A stretch of DNA of 64,000 nt. Source: Minisyncoccia bacterium (lineage in GTDB: Bacteria > Patescibacteriota > Minisyncoccia > Phycocordibacterales > Phycocordibacteraceae). Position numbers and translations under genes: made by a program. Under the pieces are notes generated by a model that saw only the letters and a list, made by a program, of their open reading frames with translations, did no database searches and was not told where the DNA came from. The stretch lies in assembly GCA_041485695.1 (NCBI GenBank), contig JBGPJZ010000002.1:1499-65498 (forward strand), given 5' to 3'. Shown here in pieces: positions 47,900-58,441 of this stretch. The number at the start of each line of letters is the position of its first letter. The stretch's first letter is position 1.

Positions 47900-48982
47900 C
47901 TATCGGTGCTCCTCGAGTTTGCGGAGCGCAATGCCTACGGCGACGGCGAACTCCGGGCCGATTTCTTTCAAGACCGGGCGGATAAATGCGGGCGCCTCGG
48001 TCTTTGCAAAAGGGTCGGCGACCCGCACCTCTACCGAGAATGCCGACTGCGCATAGGTACCGAGGCCCTTGGTGACACCGCCCCCGCCTGTGAGTATCAC
48101 AGTAGCGATTGCCTTCCCGTGCACCGATTCATACTGCGCGAGGGCTCGGCGCGCTTCGCCGAAGATGCGGGAGTATACGAGTTCAATCGAGGAGTGTACG
48201 TCGAGGACGCCGTCCGCGGCTCCTGTGAGACCCTGCTCTTTTTTAAGAGCCTCGGCGGCGGCAATCGAAAGATTATTGCCTACGGCAATCGCCCGCGTCG
48301 CGTCTTGGCCGCCTGAAGTAATCGTATGCGAGAGCGCCACGACGCCGTGTTCGACAACGTAGGCTTTCGTCGTCGATGCGCCGATATCAAGAACCATGAC
48401 TGGCTTCACAGGCTCGTCGACAACCGCACGTATGGTGCTGAATATCTCTATTTCATAAAAACTCGCCGCGAGGTCTGCGCTCCGCACCACGTTTTGGAGC
48501 AGCGAGAGCTCATCGTTATGCACCGCGACGAGGAGGACGCGTACCCTTTCTTTGGCAGTACCCGCTAAGCTATCGTCAGGCACGACAAACCAATCGAGCT
48601 GCACTTCGTTAATGGGCACCGGGATATATTTACGCGCTTCAAGCTCGATAATCGTCTTCTGCTCCTCTTTGTTCTGTCGGCGCGGCAGCTCGATCAAGGT
48701 CAAGAGCGAACGGGCGAACGGGATACCGACCCCGCACTCTTTGGTCGTCACTTTCGCCTCGCGTATGAGGTCGCGCAAGGTCTCGGCGATTTTTTCAGCC
48801 GAGAGATTCGTCGCCTGCCCTATCTCGAGGTTCGCATAGGGGCCGAGCGCGAGCTCGCCATAGGTCTCAAGGACGGCTTTGCCGCCTTGTTTCTTGAGTT
48901 GCACGACTTTCAAGGACGATGAGCCGATGTCAACGCCGAGTACGCTAGTGCTTTTGCCGCCGAAAAGCCCGAAGAACGCCAT
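47900..48982 (-). CDS. pilM: Type IV pilus assembly protein PilM
   Basis: GVDIGSSSLK, LDIGA, LTGGG, FAVAVGIALR. Confidence 0.93.
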   Translation of the reverse strand: MAFFGLFGGKSTSVLGVDIGSSSLKVVQLKKQGGKAVLETYGELALGPYANLEIGQATNLSAEKIAETLRDLIREAKVTTKECGVGIPFARSLLTLIELPRRQNKEEQKTIIELEARKYIPVPINEVQLDWFVVPDDSLAGTAKERVRVLLVAVHNDELSLLQNVVRSADLAASFYEIEIFSTIRAVVDEPVKPVMVLDIGASTTKAYVVEHGVVALSHTITSGGQDATRAIAVGNNLSIAAAEALKKEQGLTGAADGVLDVHSSIELVYSRIFGEARRALAQYESVHGKAIATVILTGGGGVTKGLGTYAQSAFSVEVRVADPFAKTEAPAFIRPVLKEIGPEFAVAVGIALRKLEEHR

Positions 48983-48996
48983 GTCAAAATAGTACC

Positions 48997-49614
48997 ATGT
49001 GGCAACGATTGCTAGATTTCATTTTTCCCATCCGTACCGACGAGGAGATTGTCCGAGCACTTACACTCGAGCAATTTCTTTCCCGCCTTGAACCGCAACT
49101 TGAGGAGCGTACCAATCCGGCAACAGTGGCTCTCTTCCCTTTTACCGACCGGCGGGTACGCGCCGTCATCCATGAAGCCAAATATCACGGCAATACGAAA
49201 GCCTTTGATTTCTTAGCTGCAGCGCTCGCGGAATATCTACGTGATGATGACCGCTTTGACGGCTTAACTGATTGTGTGCTTGTGCCGCTCCCGCTTGGGG
49301 CAAAGCGCCGCCAAGAGCGCGGATTTAACCAAGCCGAAGAGATTGCGCGGCGAGTGGCACAGGAGCTCGGCCTCCCGCTTGTAACCGACCTCCTTATTCG
49401 CACTCGCGAAACAGTTTCGCAAGTATCCCTGCCGCGCGAAGCGCGAGCTAAGAATATGCGCGGCGCTTTCAGCGCCGCGCATCCTGCCAATCCAAAACTC
49501 ACTTATATATTGATTGACGACGTCACGACCACCGGAGCTACCCTCTCGGCCGCCATCTCTGCCCTTAAGGCAGCTGGCTCTACCCAAATCCTCCCCATCG
49601 CCCTTGCTCATTAA
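48997..49614 (+). CDS. comF: ComF family phosphoribosyltransferase-like competence protein
   Basis: ERGFNQAE, LIDDVTTTGATL. Confidence 0.9.
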   Translation: MWQRLLDFIFPIRTDEEIVRALTLEQFLSRLEPQLEERTNPATVALFPFTDRRVRAVIHEAKYHGNTKAFDFLAAALAEYLRDDDRFDGLTDCVLVPLPLGAKRRQERGFNQAEEIARRVAQELGLPLVTDLLIRTRETVSQVSLPREARAKNMRGAFSAAHPANPKLTYILIDDVTTTGATLSAAISALKAAGSTQILPIALAH

Positions 49615-49639
49615 GCCCCTACCTACGGGCTCGTTTAAC

Positions 49640-49668
49640 TTGACAGCGAGCCCTCTCTGTGCTAATAT
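49640..49668 (+). promoter_or_regulatory. Sigma70-type promoter of the LMW phosphatase gene
   Basis: TTGACA-17 nt-TAATAT with TG extension; GGAGGGG SD before ATG 49701. Confidence 0.7.
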
Positions 49669-49700
49669 GGATGGCGAACCATTAGACCCAGGAGGGGTGA

Positions 49701-50144
49701 ATGAGGAAGGTTCTTTTCGTCTGCTTTGGCAACACCTGCCGGAGCCCCATGGAGGAGGCGATTTTCCGTGAGATGCTTGAAAAGCTCGGCATCGAAGATC
49801 TCAGCGTCGAAAGCGCTGGCGTCAATCAAGCTTCTGCCGGCCAACCGATTGCTCCCTTCTCGGCGCAAGAGCTCCGGAATCGCGGCATCAACCACGATCG
49901 TCACACGAGCCGGTATGTCGGCGACATTGGCCCACTTGACGACTTCATCCGCATCATCTGCGTTGGAGACAAGGAGGCAGCGACTCTCACCGCCCTCTTC
50001 CCTGATGTCGTGAATCGAACATCAGTCATGCCGATCGACAACCCGTGGGAGAAGGGTGAAGAAGCCTATCGCCTCTGCGCGATTCAAATCGAGGAGCTCA
50101 TGGGCGCACTCGTCGACAGTGTCGTCGCCGAAATCAGGCGCTAA
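49701..50144 (+). CDS. Low-molecular-weight protein phosphatase (LMW-PTP/ArsC family)
   Basis: VLFVCFGNTCRS P-loop, VESAG, IDNPW. Confidence 0.9.
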   Translation: MRKVLFVCFGNTCRSPMEEAIFREMLEKLGIEDLSVESAGVNQASAGQPIAPFSAQELRNRGINHDRHTSRYVGDIGPLDDFIRIICVGDKEAATLTALFPDVVNRTSVMPIDNPWEKGEEAYRLCAIQIEELMGALVDSVVAEIRR

Positions 50145-50180
50145 CCCTCAATAATCAGTTCAACCAACCGGACCTGTAGC

Positions 50181-51722
50181 TCACGCTACGGGTCCGCTCT
50201 TTTTTATAATCGTTACAATTCCCTTTTCGGCGTCTATCTCAATCTCATCGCCGTCTTTCAAGACTTTAGTCGCGATTTTTGTTGCGATGACACAGGGCTT
50301 ATTAAATTCACGCGACATGATGGCAGCGTGAGAAAGGAGCCCTCCCTCGTCGGTCACTATGGCTGATGAGCGTTTCATCGCTGGGACGTAATCAGGGTTC
50401 GTCATCGGACACACAAGTATTTCACCCTCAAGGAGCGTATGCGCCTGGGTTGGGTCGAGCGCCACTCTCACTTTCCCTCGTACAAATCCTTTACAGGCGA
50501 CCTGGCCGCGTAGTTCAGTAATTGTGGTGTCAACTTTATTGAGCTCCGTATCAATCCAGGTGCTTATCGCGTGCCCCTCCTCTCCTACCGCCAAGCGTTG
50601 TTCGCCACCGATAATAGCCATCGCAAATCCTTTCCTTCGTTCCTCTATCACTTTCGCCAAGACGGTTTTATCTGTCATGAGAGCTTCAAAGATTTCTCTC
50701 GAGAGAAGAAATTTCATGTCGACAAACGCGACGCCGATTCTTTTTGCAACTAACTGCATAAAGTCGAGATAGCGCGATGATGAAATATACGCCTCTTCAA
50801 TCCCCGCAGTTAACCCATAACCGAGTTCTCGAGCATTTTCAATATGAAGAACCAGTTGCGAATCCGTTTTAATCTCTTCAATGATTCTTTGCGCGATGTG
50901 CTCATTCTTCTCTGCGGCCTTCTTTTGTATCTCGAGGTTCTCTTTGAAATTCTCTTTTTGAGCCTTGTGTACCCTCTCGACGAGTTGGGCATATGACATC
51001 GGGAGGAGTGGGCTTAAAATAAATGTTGTGAGCCAATCATACTTTTCTAAGTACTCCTTTGCTTCTGCCTTAAACCGGGGGTCATTTGCAAAGTCATCAT
51101 TTTTATCAGCAAGCGAGACAAGCTTGCACATGTCCTCTTGTTCAAGCTGAAAGGCTGTTTTCTTTATAGGGAACACCAGCGTAAGTAAAGCTTCATCAAT
51201 AGCAACAATCGCCTCTATTTCTTTTCGATGCTTCTCGAGTCCCTCTTTAACTCGGTCAGTTAAGATGTTCTCCTTAGAGACGTACCAAGGGTAGTAGAAC
51301 CAGGGCACGAGTTTGATAAAACTCGCATCCATCTTTTGCCAATATGATGCAAGCTCTTCATTGGTGATGCCCTCATTTTGTATTGCTCTGTTCACTATGT
51401 CAGCTTCTGCATTAAATGTTCTGGGGAACTCTACGGTAGATTTTAGAAAGTGCTGCAGAGCCTCTGGATTATCTAGCTTCTCCCTCAATCCTTTAAATAA
51501 GATTTGTTTTTGTGTTGGGATATCGTACCCCTTGCTTGAATCGGTGAAAAGATAGTCGAGCGTATCTGTGGTACCCGTTATCCATGGGATGAGGTATTGC
51601 GAAAGGGCGCGGCAAAAGAAATCGCAGAGGGAGATTGGCTGTTCTCCGCGCTGTTGAAACTCATACTCCCATTGTGTTAGGTCGATATCCTCCCGTTTGA
51701 GCGTTTTGACTTCGTAATCCAT
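50181..51722 (-). CDS. Helical domain + PEP-utilizing mobile (phospho-His swivel) domain protein
   Basis: C-terminal GEILVCPMTNPDY...TDEGGLLSHAAIMSRE...DGDEIEID. Confidence 0.88.
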   Translation of the reverse strand: MDYEVKTLKREDIDLTQWEYEFQQRGEQPISLCDFFCRALSQYLIPWITGTTDTLDYLFTDSSKGYDIPTQKQILFKGLREKLDNPEALQHFLKSTVEFPRTFNAEADIVNRAIQNEGITNEELASYWQKMDASFIKLVPWFYYPWYVSKENILTDRVKEGLEKHRKEIEAIVAIDEALLTLVFPIKKTAFQLEQEDMCKLVSLADKNDDFANDPRFKAEAKEYLEKYDWLTTFILSPLLPMSYAQLVERVHKAQKENFKENLEIQKKAAEKNEHIAQRIIEEIKTDSQLVLHIENARELGYGLTAGIEEAYISSSRYLDFMQLVAKRIGVAFVDMKFLLSREIFEALMTDKTVLAKVIEERRKGFAMAIIGGEQRLAVGEEGHAISTWIDTELNKVDTTITELRGQVACKGFVRGKVRVALDPTQAHTLLEGEILVCPMTNPDYVPAMKRSSAIVTDEGGLLSHAAIMSREFNKPCVIATKIATKVLKDGDEIEIDAEKGIVTIIKKSGPVA

Positions 51723-51723
51723 G

Positions 51724-54700
51724 TTACTTAAGAATCGTCACGATTCCCGTGTTGGCGTCCATTTCGATTTCATCGCCATCTTTTATTACCTCGCTTGCGT
51801 TACCAGTGCCGACGATGCAGGGAATATTTAACTCGCGGCTCACGATTGCTGCATGCGAGAGCATGCCGCCCTGGTCGGTGATGATGCCTCCTGCTTTTTT
51901 GCACGCTGGCATTAATTCGGGCGAGGTCGTCTCTGCAATCAAGATATCGCCCTTCTGCATAGCATCCATCAGGTGATGCAGTGTATCAAAGTTGTCGTAG
52001 CCCGAAACGATGATTCGCGCCCTGCCCCGCGCAATACCCGGGTGAGCTGTGGTGCCTGTTACCGTCTCGCCATGGCTAGCGTTGCCTACGAAGCTCTCAA
52101 TCGCGTGCCGAGCCGAGGGGCCTGTTTTACGCACCGTGCTACCTTCGACACCTATGATGTAAAAAGCATTCTCGCGATGCGCGATCTCCTCTTCGGGCAC
52201 TTTCGCGGCGTCAAAAAGGTTGAGGATCTCTTGGCGCGAATATTGCTGCAGGGTGCGCTCGGATATGTTGAAACGCTCCCCAAGACTCTTTAACAGTTTC
52301 GGCAAAACAGCGTCAGCGCCAAAAAAGATTGAATTCAAGAACTCTCGACCCTCGTTCTTCAGTTCGCCCATGAGCGAGAGTCTCTCTTCAATCCCTTTGT
52401 CTTTCGTCTCTTTTGATTTTTTGTACGCGCCGTCCATATAAAAGAACTCCGTCTTCGAATAGTAGAAAAAGAGCCGGGCGATATCGTTGAGCAAACGCTC
52501 TACTTCCTCTTTTGAGAGCTTGCTGTAGGCGAGGCTTTCCGCAATCATTCGTATCTCTTTCATGTAGGCGCGGAATGCGTTTTGAAAGTGGGTGAAGTCC
52601 GCAGCATCTGAAATGAGTCTGGCTCCTTCGGCAAGAGTTTTCTGTACAGTCGTATGCGAAAGATAGCTGGTGTAAAAATCATCAATAACCGTGGTCAGGG
52701 CACCGAGCGTTTGGTAATGCTCCATCCAAATGTCGTCGATAAAGTAGCGCAGGCCCTGCACGCGAAAGAGCCGTTGCCACTCATCTTTGCTTCCAAATGG
52801 ATGACTCCGTTTGAGAATTGCTACTGTCCCCTTCTTTGTATCAACTTCGATCTCATCTCCATTATTGAGGATTTTCGTAGCGAAGCCCGTCTCGACTATA
52901 CAGGGTATCCCCATTTCGCGGGCGGTGATAGCGGCATGCGAAAGCATGCCGCCGGCGTCAGTAACAACTGCAGCCGCTTTCTTAAACGCTTCTATAAGCT
53001 CTGGGTCTGTACTATCTGAGACCAAAATTTCTCCCTTTTGCATTTCGTGCATCTGCCCTTGCAAGATTTCCCGGTTGCTATAATCACGAATAATTTTACG
53101 CACCTTCCCGCGGACAGTCGGCCCTGTATGCGCTGTCTTACCGGTAAGCACTTCTATAATTGAGTCCCCAACATTCTCAACTTTGGCGATAAACCTCTGG
53201 GCGGCATCCCCTACAAGAAACTCCACACCACCTTTCGTCTTATGGAGTACCCAGGCCTGCGTGCGCGCCTCGAGCGCTTGCTCGCTAACATGGGTACCAC
53301 CAAACAACGCGAGTACTTCGGCTCCTCGATACCAGTTCACAGTTTCGGTGGTAAGCGAGCGTTGTTTGGCGACTTTTGCTACTAACGTTTGCAGGTATGA
53401 ATCCGCGCCGAAAAAGATTTTCTCCATGCGCTCGCGTATCTCGTTTTTAAAACTCTCAACCAGAGCGACGTTCTCTTTCGCCGCCGGGTCGGTAGCGCTT
53501 CTCTCGAACACTTTATCCCAATACATATAGTCGAAGTAGGCATACTGCCCGCAAATCTTACTGATGAGCGTAAATACATGCTCCGCATCTTTGCGCGCAA
53601 TCTCCTTCTTTTGCCTTAGCATCTTGATTTCTCCCAGCCCTTGCTCAACGAGCGCCGTAAGCGACGCGATGACCTCCTTAGTATCGGCAGGAGTGCGTCT
53701 AAGCCCGATGTCTCGAGCTTCTTCTGTGGTTTTCTTCTCCCAGTAAGAGAGCTCTTTGCCGCCATGGCCTAACACGGCTGATTCAACAGGCATGTAACCC
53801 TCATTGACCACATCCTCGAAAAGAAATGGTGTCCCTTGAGCGCTGAATGCAAAAACAAACTCCGGCTCGGCTCTGGCATTTAAAATGCGTACGATGCCGT
53901 TATCAGCATCGACTTCAACTAAGTCCCCATCTTTTAAGACTTCAGTCGCGATTTTGGTGCCTACGATACACGGCTTCTTCATTTCGCGTGAGACGATTGC
54001 TGCGTGGCAAGTTAAACCGCCTTCGTCGGTAATAAACGCGGCTGCTTTTTGCATATAGGGCACGTACTCTGGGTTTGTCATCGGAGCAACAAGGACATCG
54101 CCCACGCCGATTTTGGCAATCTCTTTTTTATTCATCACCAAGCGCACCGTACCAGCAACCTTCCCCGGGTACGCTGTCTGACCTTTAATCTCTTTTGCGC
54201 CGTCTGCATCAATCTGCTCGAGCTTCAGGTTCTTTTCTTTAAGAATCTGCTCAAGCTTTGAAAGCGGCCAGATATCACCCTTAATCAAGAAGCACCCCTC
54301 TTGATACCTCTGCTCAAGTGTTGCGATAAGCTCTTTGTCTGCATGTTTTGCAAGCTTTACGGCCTCCTCTGGAGTGATGACGTACGAGAACTTTGCATAC
54401 TCGGGGAACTCTGTCTCCCAGAATTCGACAAAATTTGAGCTCATCTTGTCTGTGTACTGCTCGGTCTCCTCACGAATCTTCAAGATACTTTCTCTAAAAT
54501 CAGGCTGCAAGTCGGGATTATTCGGAAGTTCGAAAAAGACTGTGTTCATCGCAGACCAAAAATCAACGATGTGGCGGTAGTATGAGTACATCTCGTCAAC
54601 GCTCTTAAGTTTCTGCGAGCCTGACAGATACTGTGCTGCTTTAGCCCATGACTTCTCCATCTTTTCTACAACGCGAAGCCGAAGGTTCGCATCATCGTGC

Positions 54701-56541
54701 AATTTTTGAATTGAGATCTTTGAAAGTCTCCCCAGTTCTTTTTGTGAATACCAAACGTCGCCCTGCTTCTCCTTGCCTCGTTCGATGAAAAGGTTTGCAT
54801 TAATTTCTTCACCCAAAAACTCCTTTATCCCTTCCCTATCGCACAGATCCCACAACGAAAAATAGAAGAGAGCCTTCTCTCTCGAATAGACTTTTGAAAG
54901 TGTCGTTTGCCCAAGTTGCCAATTCTTTTCTTGAAGTTCTTTTGGTAAGTTTTTGAGGAGCCCGAACGAATCGTTCGTGAGGTACCAGCCTTTCAGGCGT
55001 TCTTGGAGCTCGGCGGTTGGAGGAAAGTTACCACTCGTCGCTTCTTCAGGCGTGAGTACGTACGCGTATTCAGCCATGTGCGGATAGAGGTGTTTGACTG
55101 TCTTCAGATAGAGTTCGTCCGACTTGTCAGAGTATTCTTGCGTTTCTGCCCGTAGAGCCAGAGCTTCATCACGAATTTTTTGTGGCAACGCCGAGATATC
55201 TGGGGTAATAAACATAACCACCATAGGTGCCCACCATTCGAAAAAGTGTTGGGTGTAATCGCGAAACTCCTCGCGAGTGAGCGGTTCTTTTTTCGTAAGA
55301 TAATGGAGCATCACCTTCCAATGGACGTTGAAAGTTTTGGTGACTTGAGGGAACCATTGTGGGTCTGACGCTTTCTTAACTACATTTTCTTCATAGATAT
55401 CGAACTCGTATTGCGAGTAGTAAACGTAAAGCAAATCTCGAGTATCCGGCCGTATAAAAAGTGCCTCCTCGGTATTGCGTCCTGCCCATGCCGCCTCCGT
55501 TTTACAGTTCCCATCACGCCAAGCTACTGCTTCGTATAAAGAAAGCTCCCTCGTAAAATACTTCTCGAGCACTGCAGGTATCACCGCCTTAGATTTCTGC
55601 GAGAGGGTGGTGATCGGGCGGCTTTGGACAATATAAAACGTGCTGCCTTCAAACGCCCACTCGATATCGCAGGGGAAGCCGTAGTGATTCTCGATTTTAA
55701 GGATGAGTTCGGAGAGTTCGAGAACTTGTTTTTCGGTGAGTACTTGCGACGAGGCTCGCGGCTCGGGGATATCCTTCCACTCATTCCCCCCACCACTTGC
55801 TCGATACAAGGCACGGGTTTGCGAACTTACGTTGGTATCAATGATCCGCCGCGGAGCTTTCTCTACCACGTAACTATCGGGCGTTACTTGCCCCGAAACT
55901 ATTGCCTCGCCAAGCCCAAACCCTGCTTCAATGATGAGTTGATTATAATCTTCAGTGACAGGGTGCACCGAAAAGGCGATGCCCGACACTTCGCTCGCGA
56001 CCATTTTTTGTACGACGACCGCTACTGAAATCTTTTGTGTGTGGAGATTCTTTTCAAACCGGTAAAAGATTGCGCGGGGGGTAAAAAGCGATGTCCAGCA
56101 TCGCTGCACATTCGTAAGCAAGGTCTCTTTCGTCGTATTCAAATAACTATCAAGCTGCCCAGCCCACGCCGCCGAAGCAGAGTCTTCAGCAGTTGCGCTT
56201 GAGCGCACTGCCACATATTCGGCGCCCAATTCTTTAAAATTCTTTTCAATATCTCGTGCAATATCGTCGGGCATTTTCGCCCCAAGAATCATCTGCTGAA
56301 TCTTTTGCGAAGCTTGCTCAACCGTATGCATCTCTTCGCGATTCACGGTGTGAAGCGCCGTATCTATTTCAGCCAGCAAATCTGTCTCTTCAAGGAATCG
56401 GTCGAAGCTGCTCGAAAGTACGACAAACCCGGGCGGTACCTGTATCCCAGCTTGGGTCATTTCTCCTAAGGACGCACCTTTCCCTCCCGCTATCGCGGCA
56501 TCGTTTTTACTTATCTCCCCAAATGGTTTTATGAGGGTCAT
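51724..56541 (-). CDS. ATP-grasp (PEP/pyruvate-binding) protein with three tandem phospho-His swivel domains
   Basis: GGKGASLGEM, AVRSSATAED, QSRPIT; GGLTCHAAI, GGMLSHAAI, GGMLSHAAI; no C-terminal PEP TIM barrel. Confidence 0.88.
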   Translation of the reverse strand: MTLIKPFGEISKNDAAIAGGKGASLGEMTQAGIQVPPGFVVLSSSFDRFLEETDLLAEIDTALHTVNREEMHTVEQASQKIQQMILGAKMPDDIARDIEKNFKELGAEYVAVRSSATAEDSASAAWAGQLDSYLNTTKETLLTNVQRCWTSLFTPRAIFYRFEKNLHTQKISVAVVVQKMVASEVSGIAFSVHPVTEDYNQLIIEAGFGLGEAIVSGQVTPDSYVVEKAPRRIIDTNVSSQTRALYRASGGGNEWKDIPEPRASSQVLTEKQVLELSELILKIENHYGFPCDIEWAFEGSTFYIVQSRPITTLSQKSKAVIPAVLEKYFTRELSLYEAVAWRDGNCKTEAAWAGRNTEEALFIRPDTRDLLYVYYSQYEFDIYEENVVKKASDPQWFPQVTKTFNVHWKVMLHYLTKKEPLTREEFRDYTQHFFEWWAPMVVMFITPDISALPQKIRDEALALRAETQEYSDKSDELYLKTVKHLYPHMAEYAYVLTPEEATSGNFPPTAELQERLKGWYLTNDSFGLLKNLPKELQEKNWQLGQTTLSKVYSREKALFYFSLWDLCDREGIKEFLGEEINANLFIERGKEKQGDVWYSQKELGRLSKISIQKLHDDANLRLRVVEKMEKSWAKAAQYLSGSQKLKSVDEMYSYYRHIVDFWSAMNTVFFELPNNPDLQPDFRESILKIREETEQYTDKMSSNFVEFWETEFPEYAKFSYVITPEEAVKLAKHADKELIATLEQRYQEGCFLIKGDIWPLSKLEQILKEKNLKLEQIDADGAKEIKGQTAYPGKVAGTVRLVMNKKEIAKIGVGDVLVAPMTNPEYVPYMQKAAAFITDEGGLTCHAAIVSREMKKPCIVGTKIATEVLKDGDLVEVDADNGIVRILNARAEPEFVFAFSAQGTPFLFEDVVNEGYMPVESAVLGHGGKELSYWEKKTTEEARDIGLRRTPADTKEVIASLTALVEQGLGEIKMLRQKKEIARKDAEHVFTLISKICGQYAYFDYMYWDKVFERSATDPAAKENVALVESFKNEIRERMEKIFFGADSYLQTLVAKVAKQRSLTTETVNWYRGAEVLALFGGTHVSEQALEARTQAWVLHKTKGGVEFLVGDAAQRFIAKVENVGDSIIEVLTGKTAHTGPTVRGKVRKIIRDYSNREILQGQMHEMQKGEILVSDSTDPELIEAFKKAAAVVTDAGGMLSHAAITAREMGIPCIVETGFATKILNNGDEIEVDTKKGTVAILKRSHPFGSKDEWQRLFRVQGLRYFIDDIWMEHYQTLGALTTVIDDFYTSYLSHTTVQKTLAEGARLISDAADFTHFQNAFRAYMKEIRMIAESLAYSKLSKEEVERLLNDIARLFFYYSKTEFFYMDGAYKKSKETKDKGIEERLSLMGELKNEGREFLNSIFFGADAVLPKLLKSLGERFNISERTLQQYSRQEILNLFDAAKVPEEEIAHRENAFYIIGVEGSTVRKTGPSARHAIESFVGNASHGETVTGTTAHPGIARGRARIIVSGYDNFDTLHHLMDAMQKGDILIAETTSPELMPACKKAGGIITDQGGMLSHAAIVSRELNIPCIVGTGNASEVIKDGDEIEMDANTGIVTILK

Positions 56542-56565
56542 GTCTCGCTAATATAGCGCTTTTCA

Positions 56566-58254
56566 TTAGAGAATTCGAACGGTGCCGTGGTTGGCGCGGA
56601 CTTCAACTAGGTCGCCAGTTTTGATGACTTGGGTCGCATTTTTAGTGCCAATCACACAGGGCTTACCAAGCTCGCGAGAGACGATGGCGGCATGGCATGT
56701 AATGCCGCCTTCATTTGTGACAATCGCCGCCGCTTTCTTCATAAGCGGTACGAACTCTGGTCGCGTCATGCCGGTGACGAGAATCTCCCCTTCTTTGAAT
56801 TGATCGAATTCTTTTTGAGAGAGGATTATACGCGCGATACCTTTCGCAAAACCCTGCGAAGCAGTCTGCCCCGTTAAGGTCTTGCTCACTCCGCCAGCGA
56901 GAATCGCTTCAAAACCGGTTCGGATAGACACAGCCTCTTTACCCTCATACATTTTGTAATGACCGTCCTCCACGGCCACCATCACCCCTTCGGTCGCACG
57001 ACGCTCAAGTACTGAAGGCGGGATGAGCCCTTTCTGCACATTCTCGACTTCGTCGAAACTTAGGTACTGCAAGTGGTTGCGCGGGATACCGGTGTGGAGT
57101 GCGATTGATTGGAGCACGGCCTCGAGGATATGAAAGCCCATGAGGTTCACCTTTTTACGATGCTCACGCCAGTATGTAAGGCGCTGAAAAAAGAAGAGCG
57201 GGTTCGTCGTGAGCTTGTGGGCATGTAATACCGCATTTACCGCACGCGTCTTCTTCACCGCATAGGTATCGAGTTGATCAAACTCTTCTGCAAAGAGTTT
57301 CTTGTCACGAGTGTAGTGCAGGATTTCCTCCTTCACATCAGCCACGCTTATGTGATTGATGTACGCGTAATTAGATCGGTAGTAGTCGAACGCGGCGCGA
57401 TACTGGTCAATCTTAGCCGCGTTTTTATGGACGAATTCATCCACGCTCTTCTCGGCAATTGTGGTACGACTCGACATAAGCTTCTTGATAAGAGAGAGGA
57501 GCGCGTATTTACGCTCGTCGGCAAAAGTTGGCTCGGTCGGAGTGGTGAGGATTTGAATTTCTTCTTTAGTGAACGAGTGTTGCTTTGCGATCTCTTCAAT
57601 CTTTTCGTGATCTACGCCGATATCGAACGCATCGATAAAAAGACTCGTGCTCCAAAACGCGTCGTAGAGCGCACGAACTTTTTCGAAAAGCGCGTTAAAT
57701 TTTGCAGCGTCAAGTGAGGCTGGCGTTATTTGCTGTGTCTCGAGATAGAGCTGTTCTATGTCAGAAGCATGGCCAAGATATTTGTGATAGAGATTTTCGT
57801 ATGCGGGAGAATTTGCGTACTCTGCATAAAACGCAGTTGCGAGCGAGCGCAGCGACTCGGTATTCCAATAGATCTCCCCATAATCGCCCTTATAGAAGGC
57901 GTTTAAGATGCCGTAACCATATTCGGCTCCCTGATGGAGAAGTCGATAGGTCCCAGCACTCAAGGACCACGGCCAGGCGGTATAGGGGACGATATTCCCC
58001 TCCTGCTTATAGACCTGCTTGGGGTACACAATGGACGCTTCTTTTTTGGGCTCTGGAATGTCGAGCTCCACGAGCTCGGAAAGGGGTACGCGGTAGGCAT
58101 GAGAGATGCTTTCGAGGGTGCTAAGACGTATGCCATCGGCTTCCCCCCGTAGGAGCGCCCCTATGGTATTGCGGTTGAGCCCGGTATCCGCAGCCATTTC
58201 TAGCCCGGTTTTACGTAGCTTTTTAGCCAATTCAGCTATTTTGAGTTTTGCCAT
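56566..58254 (-). CDS. XRE/Cro-type HTH fused to helical domain and phospho-His swivel domain
   Basis: [30 protein letters not shown]; C-terminal [16 protein letters not shown]. Confidence 0.85.
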   Translation of the reverse strand: MAKLKIAELAKKLRKTGLEMAADTGLNRNTIGALLRGEADGIRLSTLESISHAYRVPLSELVELDIPEPKKEASIVYPKQVYKQEGNIVPYTAWPWSLSAGTYRLLHQGAEYGYGILNAFYKGDYGEIYWNTESLRSLATAFYAEYANSPAYENLYHKYLGHASDIEQLYLETQQITPASLDAAKFNALFEKVRALYDAFWSTSLFIDAFDIGVDHEKIEEIAKQHSFTKEEIQILTTPTEPTFADERKYALLSLIKKLMSSRTTIAEKSVDEFVHKNAAKIDQYRAAFDYYRSNYAYINHISVADVKEEILHYTRDKKLFAEEFDQLDTYAVKKTRAVNAVLHAHKLTTNPLFFFQRLTYWREHRKKVNLMGFHILEAVLQSIALHTGIPRNHLQYLSFDEVENVQKGLIPPSVLERRATEGVMVAVEDGHYKMYEGKEAVSIRTGFEAILAGGVSKTLTGQTASQGFAKGIARIILSQKEFDQFKEGEILVTGMTRPEFVPLMKKAAAIVTNEGGITCHAAIVSRELGKPCVIGTKNATQVIKTGDLVEVRANHGTVRIL

Positions 58255-58269
58255 ATGCCTAGTTAGATA

Positions 58270-58290
58270 GGCAATATATAGCATATTGCC
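58270..58290. promoter_or_regulatory. Operator-like inverted repeat over the -10 region of the HTH-swivel gene
   Basis: GGCAATAT-ATAGC-ATATTGCC; TTGCAT -35 on the minus strand at 58303-58298. Confidence 0.6.
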
Positions 58291-58353
58291 ACTTTTTATG
58301 CAAGTAAAATAGATGTGTGACTGTTTTAACAGTCTTTTGATACTGAAAAGCTA

Positions 58354-58381
58354 TTGACTTTAAAGTCCGTTATGCTAAGCT
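58354..58381 (+). promoter_or_regulatory. Promoter of the SixA-like gene overlapped by palindrome GACTTTAAAGTC
   Basis: TTGACT-16 nt-TAAGCT with TG extension. Confidence 0.55.
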
Positions 58382-58441
58382 ATATCCAGGTTAAAAGTTC
58401 GCCTAAAAATCTCTCAACCGCCAAACCCATAGGGGGACCAA

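Noticed and set aside
51724-56541. Calling this gene PEP synthase (ppsA)
   Set aside because: No C-terminal PEP/pyruvate-binding TIM barrel, and domain order and copy number differ
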